DNA of 64,000 nucleotides from Dicyema japonicum (taxonomy: Eukaryota; Animalia; Dicyemida): positions 681,712 through 745,711 of the forward strand of contig RDEW01000007.1 of the NCBI GenBank assembly GCA_011109175.1, given 5' to 3'. Position numbers and translations under genes: made by a program. Positions 30,001 to 41,442 of the stretch are shown here, piece by piece. Under the pieces are notes generated by a model. It made no database searches. It was not told where the DNA came from and saw only the letters and a list, made by a program, of their open reading frames with translations. Each line of letters starts with the position of its first letter. Position 1 is the first letter of the stretch.

Positions 30001-31432
30001 AGCACTAGCACAACCTCTAATAACCAGATAACAACGTCAACCTACACAGGCACATACCCGCGAATTAATCAGACAACAACATCATCAAATCCAAGCACTA
30101 CTCCAATAACCAGACAACAACATCAACAATACAGACACTACATCGAATAACCAAACAACAACTTCATCTAACACAGGACAAAATCCAATAACATACAACA
30201 AGAGCAATTAACACAGGCTCTACGTCAAATAACCAGACAACAACTGCTAATAACACAGGCACAAGCTTTAATACTCCAGTCAACATCAGCAACTAACACA
30301 TACACAACGACCAATAACCAGAGAAACTGCAACAAACAAAGGAATAACTACCAATAACAAAACTACGACTGGCCAATAATACAAGCACTACCTCGAAGAA
30401 CAATGCAACAACAGCGACTAACACAGGCTCTACGTCAAATAACCCGACTACTACTTTAACTAACACAGGCACCATGTCGAATAACCAGACTACACCAGTA
30501 TTTACTACAAGCACAACCTCCAATAATCACACTACAAATTATCCAACAACTTCTTCAGGTTTGCTTTTTTGATAACAAATAGCATATAATAATGGCACTA
30601 CATCGAATAACCAGACAACTATAGCAACTAACACAGGCACAACGACCAATAACCAGAGTACAACTGCAACAAACAATGGAATAACAACTAATAACAAAAC
30701 TACTATAGCCAATAATACAAGCACTACCTCGAATAACAATACAACAACAGCAACTAACACAGGGCTCTACGACCAATAACCAGACTACAACTTCAACTAT
30801 CACAGGCACCACGTCGAATAACCAGACTACACAAGTAATTTCTACAAGAACAACCTTCAATAATCAGACTACAAATAAACCAACCAATTCTTCTTCAGGT
30901 TTGCTTTTTGATAACAAATAGCACATAATAATGGCACTACCTCGAATAACCAGACAACAACTGCTAATAACACAGGCACAAGCTTAAATAACCAGATAAC
31001 AACAGATGCTAACACACCTACTACATCTAATACTCATACAAGAGCATATAATACAAGCACAGCATCGAATAACCAGTCTACAAATAATCCAACTACTAAT
31101 TTATCATCTTATACTACTATTTCAGATTCTACACATTTTTTTAATAGTTAAAATTCTATAATTTTTTAGCTACTATTTTTTCGAATTCTACTTTTTCTAC
31201 ACCTTTTATTCCTTCTGGTTTTTTTGGATTTTATCATTTTAGACAATTTTAGTCTATCTTCAAAGCTTCTTGCAATTATTCTTCCAATTGTTTTTATCAT
31301 TCTTTTTTCTATAATACTCTTTTTTCTGTCGGCGTCGGTTATTATTTTTTTTATTTTAGACGTAATAGGCGTAATTTCAATAAATCCTTCGTTTTGAATA
31401 ATTCGTTTTTCGAATTTTCGACTTATCTGTGA
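1..31432 (+). CDS. Giant Thr/Asn-rich mucin-like type I membrane glycoprotein (5'-partial; ~60 exons separated by 23-nt introns; roughly 10,000 aa encoded in this window)
   Basis: Removing the 23-nt GT..AG segments at 300-322, 1094-1116, 1768-1790 and 1937-1959 (and their copies) joins phase-1 exons into one reading frame, e.g. ...PITSSL-A-SYNGTTSNKQ... and ...YPTTSS-A-YNNGTTSNNQ.... Individual copies carry scattered 1-nt indels that look like read errors. The array ends at ~31,000 and is followed by unique exons, a hydrophobic TM segment (31266-31357) and a stop at 31430-31432 (one homopolymer indel assumed). Confidence 0.88.
300..322 (+). other. 23-nt spliceosomal intron, type 1 (gtatgatttttgataacaaatag), repeated once per unit
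   Basis: GT..AG ends; it is an AT-rich interruption of the ACN/AAY codon pattern; removal restores the frame (phase 1). Confidence 0.88.
1094..1116 (+). other. 23-nt intron, type 2 (gtttgctttttgataacaaatag); identical sequence at 1768-1790
   Basis: GT..AG ends, phase 1, frame restored on removal; occurs twice per unit. Confidence 0.88.
1937..1959 (+). other. 23-nt intron, type 3 (gtttactttttgataacatatag)
   Basis: GT..AG ends, phase 1, frame restored on removal; occurs once per unit. Confidence 0.88.
31147..31242 (+). other. Two terminal tiny introns of the mucin gene (31147-31169, 23 nt; 31218-31242, 25 nt)
   Basis: gttaaaattctataattttttag and gtttttttggattttatcattttag, both phase 1. Removing them links ...STHFFN-T-TIFSNSTFSTPFIPS-D-NFSLSSKLLAIILPIVF.... 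Confidence 0.75.
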
Positions 31433-31619
31433 TTTATTTGACTAATCAAAGTTATTTTTGGTTCATTTAACTTTTTTTAATTACAATTAAATTTATTTGC
31501 TCATTCTTTTTTTAATTATTGATCTGCACTCGAACTGAAGAAAAACTAAGAAATTGATGACCCATTCAGTACAATCTGTTGTTGCAAATGAATTTGTGGG
31601 GATTCGTGTGGACACGTCG

Positions 31620-34600
31620 ATCCAAGAAGAGAAGATTGAGTTAGACGAGCGTTATTATTATTATAAAAACATGCAATGTCCTTTCGATTCGATTGAGTAA
31701 AACTCTCTCGAGTTGGTAAAAATGTTGAAAGGAAAAAAGGATAAGGTTCACTTGCGTTACCTGATGGTATGAATATAATTCTTGCCATATCCGAGAATGT
31801 TGTGGCAGCTGACCCAAAAGAATAGTCGAGGCAGGTTGTCATGCAGGTATGTAGCAGGCTGACCCAAATTCCCTGGAATGGTTGGCCATCTTGGCGGAGC
31901 TCTGCAGTGGCAGATTCAGTACTGCTATATCTGTGAGTGAACTCAAGAAAATGGCTGTAGGCGAAGAGGGTACTGGTCTAAAGGCGCGGTGACCGGATGA
32001 CCACAACTGTCATAGAGAGCACGAGCACCGGAGCTGTGATACGTTGCAGCTCAAGCATGTATATGAGGTCTTTGCGCAGAATTTCTCTGCAGCGGCAGAT
32101 GTCCCACTTGAGGACCTTAGATTTACCCGCAAGATCCCTCATTGTAAGGTTAACTGATTAGTGTTGACCTGTATGAATAAGGCTGTGGCTTATGCGATGG
32201 AGGCTAAGTTAGTAGGGTCAACGGGTGACATCTCCCTAGTGCTGTATGCAGCACAGATCATCTATGAGAATTTGACGGACAAGCCAAGACCACCCAGTAA
32301 ATGGAGGGAGCAGATCTGTGCCAAGATTGCTTGGAGACAGACTGAGCTGGAAGCACTGAAGGGGCACATAAGTAGTGTGGCGAGAGGGGTTAGAAAAAAA
32401 GCACTGCCTATAGTAAAGTGGCTAATTAGTAAACTCCGTGTTCCCAAATGGGACCTCAAAGAGTTGAGGAGGGCAAAGGTGGAGTTAGAGGGGCAATAAT
32501 GGTGTATAAGAGGAAACTCTATACACATGAAAGTCGGTGTAAGAGAAGGAGAGAAAATAATCTGTTTGAGTTTAATCGCAGATTGTTTTACCGTCGCCTA
32601 CACGAAAATGGCCATAGTGTATGTTCCCAGCAGGACGCGGAAATGCTTTCCACATGGGGTAGTATGTGGGAGGCTAAACCACGCAGAGGAAATGCGTGGA
32701 ATGTCCCGTACAGCGCCGCTCCTTTCTTGGCGGAATCTTGCGGAATTTTCGATTTTCGCAAGAAATTTGAGGCGGTAGTGAGACATCTCCCTGATTGGAA
32801 GACGACCGGGGTCGATAAAGTTTATAATTTCTTTATCAAAAGATGCACTTCATTACACGAGTCTATGTGTCGTGTATTACAGAAAAGCATCACTAACCCG
32901 GAAACGATTCCTGATTGGGCATGCACAGGGACAACTTATTTGATCCCAAAGCTGGACAACCCCCAGTCTGCTGCAGATTATCGACCGATAACCTGCATGC
33001 CAACCCTGTATAAGCTGATGACCAAATTGGTGGCTAATGAGGTCAGGAGCTTTGTAGAAGCAAATGGGATTCTCTCCGAGAATCAGTTGGGAACTGTGCG
33101 AAATTGTCAGGGGGCAAAAGAGCAGGCTTTGATCAACAAATGCCTTTCTGTGTCTCACGGAAACTCACTTTTGTCTATGATGTGAAGAAGGCTTACGATT
33201 CAGTTGATCATTCTTACCTTGTCGAGTGCCTACACAGTCTGTGTATGCCTGTGTGGTTCATCAGCTTTGTAGTGGCTGTGATGAATAGGTGGAGTATTCA
33301 TCTGAACTATAATAGGCACCGGATAGGCGAGGTAAATCAAGAGGGGGATCCTTCAGGGGATAGCATGTCTCCGCTGCTCTTTGTTCTCTGTTTGGAGCCA
33401 TTGATTCGCCGCCTCAATGACCGGTTTGAGCAAATACCAGTTCATTGTGAGGGGGTTGTTTCAGTACAAATCACCTTCTTTTTATCGATGACCTGAAGAT
33501 GTATGCCCGAACAGTCGAGGAGCTCTACTCCATGGGGATCTGTGTCAAGGAATTTTTTGAGAGTATAGGACTAGATTTGAATTATTAAAAGTATGCGATA
33601 ACACGCAAGTATGTAGCGAGTTAGTAAGAGTCCTAGAGAAACACGAAGGATGTATGTATCTGGGTGTTACCGAAACTCCAAAGTCCCTTATAATGCCTGA
33701 GACAAAGCGACAAATTACTGATGGCATCTGTAAAAGAGCAGCGTTATTGTGTAAGACGTCTCTGAATGCAAGGAATTTGTTCCTAGCATTAAATGAGTAT
33801 GCTGTTTCGCTGCTAAACTACTACATAGGTGTTGTGGAGTTTGAGCCCAAAGAGTATGATGAGATGGATGTTATGATCCGTGGAGTACTCAGAGAGAACC
33901 TTGTCCATCTGCTGGCAGCCAATAAGGAGAGACTATGTTTACCCCGTGATAATAATTTGATGGAAAAGATCAACTTAAAAAGCCTTCATAAGGTCCTCTT
34001 CAGAGCATTGGACAACTCACATGTCGACCTAAAGTCGTCAACAATATGGCTAAAATACGTTGACAACTCACCTCGATCGGAAACGCTGTACACGTATATG
34101 CAGACCGCAATATTTTTTGGGATCGATCAACAAACACATGTCCCCATTGTAAGTCAAGAAGCATGTCGGTTGATCATTTAGCCACTCGATGTGGATCCAT
34201 GCTCTGCCACGACTGTGTGGAAGCATAACGAGGTAGTAAGGAGTCTTCATCTTCTACTATGCAATAAGTATGGTATCCGCCACACCAGAAAGTTGCGGAC
34301 TCATAAGGTGCAATCTGTAGTAGAGAACACCAGAGTTCAAATTAAGGTAGACAGTGTTATCCGTACCTCGGTGCTAGTCAAGCACGATAAACCGGACATT
34401 GTGGTACACGATAAGGAGTCTGGCCAATTCCTTATCATAGAAGTTGACATCACGTCTCAAGACCGTTTGCAGACTGTGGAGGTGGAGAAAAAAAGGAAGT
34501 ATGATTTCGCTTGCAAACGAGATGGGGCAGATGCTTGGTTGCAAGGTCCTCGTTATTCCTATAGTAATGACGTGGGAAGGAATTGCAACAAAGTACTACA

Positions 34601-34750
34601 ATGGTTATCTGAAGCAGTTGGGGGTAGATAGGAAGCTCCAGGCCTATCTACAGTCCACTGTATTAAAGCGGACCTTAGAGAGCCGGACACTGGAGTATAG
34701 GAGGCAGAGCCCGGAGATGCCATATGGGTAGAGGGTTCAATTAGACAAGG
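31620..34750 (+). mobile_element. Degenerate non-LTR retrotransposon with RT and restriction-like endonuclease (R4/Dong-like clade)
   Basis: Frameshifted ORFs carry YRPITCMPTLYKLMTK, ENQLGTVRNCQGAKEQ, DVKKAYDSVDH, GDSMSPLLFVLCLEPL, FIDDLKMY and YLGV. These are followed by HNEVVRSLH and KPDIVVHDK..IIEVDIT..EKKRKYD (PD-(D/E)xK). Confidence 0.85.
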
Positions 34751-34759
34751 CTAATCGAG

Positions 34760-35360
34760 TTTAAGAATGATCCAAATCCTTCTATCTAACACAGAGCTCG
34801 TTGTGAGAGTTTGAAAAACCTACTCAAGAAAATTTGAAACAAACACTCCTCAAGGAGACTCCCTCTCTCCGCTACTATTCACAATATACTTGAAGGCCGC
34901 TATGAGGGAACTGAGACCATTATATCAAGGAAAAATAGAAGAAGTGATTTATGCTGATGATGTCGACCTAATCTCTGGAGACAAAAAACTCCTGGAACAT
35001 GTACTAGAAAAAGAACCAGATATACTTGGGAAATGGATTCTCACCGTGAACAAGGAAAAAACAGAACGGACAGAAATAAGACGAATGAATAACTCACTCG
35101 AAGGGACGAATGAATAACTCACTCGAAGAGCATTGGAGACACACAAAAAAACTTGGTTCCCTATTAGGAGATAGTGAAGATATCATACAGAGAAAAACCA
35201 TGGCAATCCAAGATCTCGCGGAAAGGACTGTACAAAATGTGTGACTTTAAACCAATAAGTCTCGAGATCATAAGCTCTCGTTGGATACTCTTTGGTCACG
35301 TCCTGAGATTGGACCCGACATCCCCCCGGAATATTGCCATGGAAGATTACCTATAAATAT
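34760..35360 (+). mobile_element. 3' RT fragment of the APE-RT LINE family also found at 59460-62050
   Basis: TPQGDSLSPLLFTIYLKAAMRELR, IYADDVDLIS, LGKWILTVNKEKTE and RWILFGHVLR; strongly similar to the 806-aa ORF. Has an internal deletion and a short tandem duplication at ~35085-35130. Confidence 0.85.
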
Positions 35361-36486
35361 TATGGCTCTCGTGAAAGTGCTATTAATAATAATAGAGACT
35401 ATTTCACGATGCTCAGATTGTTTCAATGTGACTTTTCCAAGACATTCATTTATTGAATCAACAAGTATTCATCATCTGAGTAATAATGTGCTCCATATTA
35501 GGGACCTTACTCATTGAAAAAATTATATACTCTTGTGGAACTTTTATTCTCGTCCGTTTGAATCACTCTCATTTAAAAAGGTTTCTAGCCATAACAGTTT
35601 GCCCAATAAGTCCAACATAACAAATTTGTGTGTATATTTGAGTATTACCTTTGACTTGGGCACCTCACCAGGACCCTCCTTTTGGTAAATCTTTACCGAT
35701 TAGTCTGTCTTACCTCAAAAAATTGTGTAGATGTACATACAAAATTCATACAAAATGTAGATGCAATTTTAACATCGCTGTAGCATTTTTACTATCGATA
35801 TGATCTTAGGAAGATGTGATCCATACATTCCAATGTAATTTAGCTTTTTCATGACGTTGATTTTGTTCAGCCCAATACGTGCTTTCATAGGTTCAAGAGA
35901 AGGTCATCGCGCTAAAATGAGGAAACATGGCCATCTAACATGTAAAAGTTGATTCACGAGAATCAGATTAAAAGTTAGTTAATTAAAAGCTCGTTCGCGT
36001 TGTCCTGACTTGGTCGGGCTTCGCTTGAGACATACTTTCAACAATCCTCGTTGTCATTAATTTTCAGGACCTTCCTCGATCGCATTCGAATATCAACCAG
36101 GTCATCCACGGATTTGAAATTTTTTTCCGATCCTTTGGTAGTCTTCTTTAGGCATACTGGTAATGTCCATCTAGGCCTCCATCGGAAAGCAGGTCTTCCG
36201 TTCGGATTGAAATACTCTACACGGTGGGTTGCAGTTTAGTCTTAGGACATTCCCAAATAACCTCCATCTGGACTCCAAAATTTCATGGCTTGTTGGTTTA
36301 GCGTTTCATATTTTTTATAATTTTTATTTTATATTTTCCTCGGACATTGTATTTTTAGAATGGTCTAGACTGCCGCTGATGAAACGTATCAAGTTTATCC
36401 AGCTCTTGTTTACTTGTCCCTTATGTACCCAAGTTGTATAACAGAATGGACGGATAACGTGTTGTACAATTTTAGCCGTAGTCCGA

Positions 36487-36660
36487 GAGAGATCTATTAG
36501 TCGTCCCGGAGTAGCAATCAGAATGTCTGGGCATCTCACTCTATCGTTCGGTTGCGATCAAGGGGATGACCACCTAAAATAACCCACATGGACATACCAG
36601 TGACAACTGATATAGTAACGTGGTTATTCTGAATAACCAGTTCCCTTGTAGAGACTAAAT
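36487..36660 (-). pseudogene. DEAD-box RNA helicase fragment (motifs Ia, GG, Ib; DDX27-like)
   Basis: LVSTRELVIQ ... ILGG ... PDILIATPGRLIDL, with a frameshift; no DEAD motif II seen downstream. Confidence 0.55.
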
Positions 36661-39536
36661 GAGGAATTAAAAATCAACGTCTAATTTTATTGATGAAATA
36701 AAAGTGAATTTTTCTATGAAATTCTAATTTGGAAGATAAATTAAAGGAGTTACTCCGAAAAAATCCATCAGAAACGTAAGAATTTTTCTATTTGTGTTGA
36801 TATCTCAGTGGATGGGATTTTCCATTATGACATAAATTTTTTTCCTTATCACTCGGAAATAATATACCTTAATTATAAGAAAATTCAGGGAAAAAGTATG
36901 AAAATGTGTTACATTTAAGACATTGATATGCGACAATGCATCAATTCACTAAAATGTTGTATTCGGAACTGGTATTCAATCAATTTCAACGTGTATGAGT
37001 TGTATTTTTTCCTTTTTATGTCAACTTGTCCAATTGATGATTTTTTTCCGTTTAAAAAATTTAATCAAAAAGAAAAATTGCATGAACTCTGAGGAATTGA
37101 TCGAGAAGTTCCATCAGATAACATTTCTTATTAAGAACTAATTCCTTATTCCACAAGACAGGCTTATACGAGTTCTTCCAATTTTTAACAGACGGGAATC
37201 GATTCCAGAGATTATTGCATTCAATGCTTCCTTATTTCTGAAATTTCGCGCATCCTATGTCTTCAGAGTGAATCAACTAGGGAGACGAGAAGTTATATCC
37301 ACGTTATAAGACATTAAGTGTATCTATATTAGAGTACCAGATCTACGTAATCAGCCCATTGGAAACTCAATATTACGTGAAGACTTAGAGATATTGAGAG
37401 AATTATATATATTTGAAATGAGCAAATATTGAATTTTCTCTACCATCTTTTATTTTCAAGTGGTAATTTCAAAGAATCTCGTCTTCCTAAAAAGTGAACT
37501 TATCATCCAAACACATATGAGTCTTTTCAAAATGCCTTTTATTGCTCAATTAAAGTTAAATCTGGGGGACAGTTGATGGGTCCTCCTCTGAAGGGTTTGG
37601 ACGTCACCCGTCCACGGAGTCCCACATTAGCGATTCAGTACCTTCATGGAGATTTGAACCACCAGTGATCTTTGTGTATGATGGCATCCTTTTTTTAAAA
37701 GATGCCATAAATTAATAAAACACCCATTCTTATTTCAAAAAAACCAAAAATTAACGAAAAAGTAAGGGAAGTTGTTGATTTTGAGGAGTTCCTTTGTTGT
37801 ATGGGCGAATTTGCATGCCCCCAAATCTGCAATGATTGTGCAACAGTATTAGTCACACATCCTTGTTCTATAATCTGTTGAATTCTCTTTTACTGGCATT
37901 TTGACTTTGCAATCGTGAACTTGATATTCCTTCCCAAATTCTCGACTCGAATTATTAAAGCAAATAGAAAATCGTAAAAAGTATCTGCAAACAAAAATTT
38001 ATCGACTTTCCAATAACATTTGATAATTAGAAAAGCATCTCGTTTTATTAACCCACGTGCTAATTTTCTTTTCAAGTAATGGATATTTAGTTAGTGGTTT
38101 AGGGTGTGAGGTACTTCCATCCATGCATGAAATGTTAACTTTACTTTATGATGGATGAAGTCTCCTTTCTTCTTGTGAGCATGGACGAGGTGACCGATTC
38201 AGGAAACAAAATACTATGTTCAACAAGGAAATGTCGGATGATCAAAGTATTTGGTTTCAAAATCCTCTCGGCTTTGAAGATGTCTGTCTGAAGCAGTAAG
38301 AATAGGATTATAGTTAATGTAATACAATATATGTCCCTGATAATAACGGTGGTTCAGTTTGTGTGGGAGATGCTTAAACACTCTCTTAAGGACAATGAAC
38401 CATCACACTGATCTTTAACGTTCTAATTATTGAGTGATTTTAAAATATACTCCAGATTTATATAGAGGCAAGCCGTGTTTATAAGAATTAACTCATGTTA
38501 GCCACGAGATTCCTTCACTTGCAGGAACCGGGGGTAAATAGAGAATTAACTGTTACTTTGAGAGATTAATACTCAATGAAATTTGATTTTGAGTAGTCAG
38601 AATTGAGTAAATTAATTGCGAATTTATTTAATCACAGCAAAACCTCTAAAATCTACCACTTTTAGAGGGTCCCATAAATTTAAGAAGCGGATTCGAGAGA
38701 AATATCGAATCTAACGTAAACTACCAGTACTGAACCTAACTTTGCAAATTATTTGCCAAAATTCACTCTCATAACTACTCATCCTATTTAAAAAATAAAT
38801 TAATATTAGGGCAACCAGAAAATAGCGAAAAATTTAAAAAATAGGAAAAAGTAGCATTTTTCATTTCCCCGTCTAAATTAATAAATAGTGCCTATAGAAC
38901 TTATAGATTATAGAATAGAATCAGTCATTAATATTTACGGCTCTAAAATTTCGATCTTTGTCATAATTTTGGATATTGTGAAATAATTCTATCGACCCAG
39001 GCATAACTGGTAGTACAACTTGGAAAATTTACATATACTGATTGTAAGAAACTTTACTTGAGTATTTAGAAATAGATTCAATTTAACAAGGATCTGTTTT
39101 GAAGTGAATCTGTTGTAGGTCCAAAAATGCTTTTTCTATTGAATGATCTTTACGTCCTGTTCTTAGAATTATGTCTATCAGCTCAAAATAATTAGCTGCA
39201 ATAGTAAACTCTCATACAGTGTTGAACACAGTACAGATTTTTTTGTTTATAAAAATTTCAAATCCATAATTTGTTAAATAATCCCGTCGCCGCTATATTC
39301 TAAGTAACCCCGGGCTCACGAACTTGTAGGAGGCCAGCAGCTATTAAATAGGACGCCGCAGATGTCGGTCGCTCACATAGATCGATCATTCCTGGTTTTG
39401 CAGATGAACGTTGTACTAATTTACGACATTCAAAACAAGCGGTTGGAAATTCTCAACGGAAAAATCGAATAGAAATTTTTCCGTTTCTTGAACAAGAAAT
39501 TCAAATATAGCATGAAGTAACTATTACGATTTAAAC

Positions 39537-41153
39537 CAGTGGTTCTTAACGGGGGCACTGGAATTTTAATTTTTTTAATTATTATGACTATTTTCATTAG
39601 GTTTTATAAATCATTTATCACGTGCTTTTCTAATTAATTCTACTTTTCTTGTGTGTACTTTAAAAAAATTATTAACTGATATATTTATAAATATTTTCTA
39701 ATTGTATTTAATATTTTATATATATGTGATAAAAAATTAAACCGAGGTATAAAAATCTTAAGGGACGACATAAAAATTTGCTTTAATAATTTAGAAAATT
39801 TAAAAATTTTTGATTGATATTTTTAATCCATTTGAAGCTGAAAACGTTAATACATTTCCAGAAATAACAGAAAATTTATTAATTCTAAAATATGACTTTG
39901 AAGCTAAAGTCATATTTGGCAAATGTGGATATCAACAAATCTCGGTTACTCATAGTTAAAATATCATCAATTGTGGAATGAAATCGAAACACTTATAATA
40001 GCATTTCCTACAACATATCAAGGCGAAATAGAATTTAGTGCAGTCTTCAATATTTTGACGAAAAAAAGGAATAAATTACAAATTGTGATTAGCGGAGATT
40101 TGAGACTAGGTCTGTCAGCTATGGAAGCTGACATAAAGGAATTGACAAATTCTCATCAAACACAAGGCAGTAACTACGCGACCGATTCGCGTTCTATCCC
40201 ATTGTGGTCGAGACAACTCGAAGAATAAGTGGGAAATCGCTTCGCTTCCAAAAGAAACTTAAACGCATAGCTACACTAAAAAACCACGACGCATGTGAGA
40301 CCCGGTGGCCTTTCCAGTTGATCTCTTTTGCAACCGTGAGAGGAAACGCAACGTCTGTAATGTCGGCGGGGACAACTTTGGCTGGATGAACTCCCGTGTC
40401 CCTCCCTGGGGACCCTTTAGGACGATGACTGTATTCGGATTGGGATCGCACAGCGCCTGGGAGTCGATGTATGCGTCGAACACCAATGTCGTTGTGGGGG
40501 GATCGTCGATGCCAATGGCTGCATCCGCTTTCGTGCAAGAGGAGTGCGGGCAGAGCACCCCGCACGTTGCTATGAACAATATTGTCATGCGTGCTCTTTA
40601 AGCTGCAGTCTTCCCGGCAGTGCTGGAGCCCGTGGGATTGAACCGCGGAGACGGGAAAAGACCGGATGGGATAACAATATTTCCGTTCACTGAGAAAAAA
40701 TCGCTCGTATGGGACTGCACTGTGTGTGGATTCTTTCTCGAACTCGATGATGCTCAGCTCGGCGCAGTCGGCTGTTCGGCAGCCGAACTGGCCGAGAAAA
40801 TTAAGATTAAAAAATATGGTGAAATTGGAGATCGCTTTCGTTTTGTACCGGTAGCTATTGAAACGTCAGGTGCTGCGGGAAGTATCACAGCCTCTTTCCT
40901 AAAGGAAATCGGGTGGAAATTGGCACTTCGTAAGAAAGGTTGTTAAATAAAACGTGTTATAACCCTAAGAAAAAAAATTAATTAATTGTTACTTCTATTA
41001 GTAATATTTTATATACAGTTTCCACATACAATTTGAAAAAATGACCGAATAAATCCGCAATTGAAAAAATTAAATCTTAAGGGGCGCTGAAATTTTGAAG
41101 CTTCAAAATTGTATCAAAAGGGGCGCTGACTTAAAAAAGGTTAAGAACCACTG
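39537..41153 (+). mobile_element. Non-autonomous hAT (Charlie/Buster-like) DNA transposon
   Basis: Perfect 14-bp TIRs cagtggttcttaac (39537-39550) and gttaagaaccactg (41140-41153). 8-bp TSD atttaaac on both sides (39529-39536, 41154-41161). Internal transposase C-terminal remnant LIIAFPTTYQGEIEFSAV..KKRNKLQI..GDLRL (39971-40170). Confidence 0.9.
40230..40946 (+). mobile_element. 3' fragment of a CRE-clade non-LTR retrotransposon (RLE domain) nested inside the hAT element
   Basis: LEPVGLNRGDGKRPDGITIFPF....LVWDCTV..AAELAEKIKIKKY....FVPVAIETSGAAG, preceded by a degenerate CCHC region. Confidence 0.75.
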
Positions 41154-41442
41154 ATTTAAACGAATGTAACAACATGTTGTGTGAAAGGGCAATAAAAAGT
41201 AGAAAGTTTTTAAAGAAAAAACAGAAATTTCACTAATGTAAAAAAACCATATGATTATGAGCTATAACAAATAGTTGACATATTTTTGTTTTAATAATAG
41301 GAGAGAATACGAATGTATTTTTCTCCAGTCTAGGACAAAAACTTGCTTCAAAAAGATGCGAGCCAAGCGAATTAATCTGGTTGAGGCTCGAAATAGCGGT
41401 GATCAGTGGGAACACCTTCAATCTTGGACTCAACTAAAAATA

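Larger units (their letters stand above)
1..31000 (+). repeat. Higher-order tandem repeat, consensus ~1,979 bp x ~15-16 copies, built from 42-nt monomers
   Basis: The GTATG-type intron recurs at ~300, 2274, 4248, 6431, 8529, 10519, 12495, 14474, 16451, 18388, 20360, 21786, 23771, 25748, 27724 and 29558. Consensus exons are 774+651+147+315 nt, plus 4x23-nt introns = 1,979 bp. The monomer consensus is TTSNNQTTTATNTG. Confidence 0.95.

Noticed and set aside
603-30860. Many Val/Leu-rich minus-strand ORFs (MKVVLVEITGVVWLFDVV...) that look like membrane proteins
   Set aside because: They are antisense shadows of ACN/AAY/CAR codons on the plus strand; splice signals, frame logic and the TM end all support the plus strand.
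1-31000. CRISPR array, telomeric repeat or non-coding centromeric satellite
   Set aside because: There are no unique spacers and no short telomere motif. Variation respects codons, 42-nt monomers and splice sites, as expected for coding sequence.
31546-31842. 98-aa minus-strand ORF after the mucin gene
   Set aside because: Antisense to R4-like sequence; no motifs.
37500-38420. Possible Tc1/mariner or other transposase remnant (..NCPPDLTLIE..)
   Set aside because: Only a loose motif resemblance with many stops and no TIRs identified.
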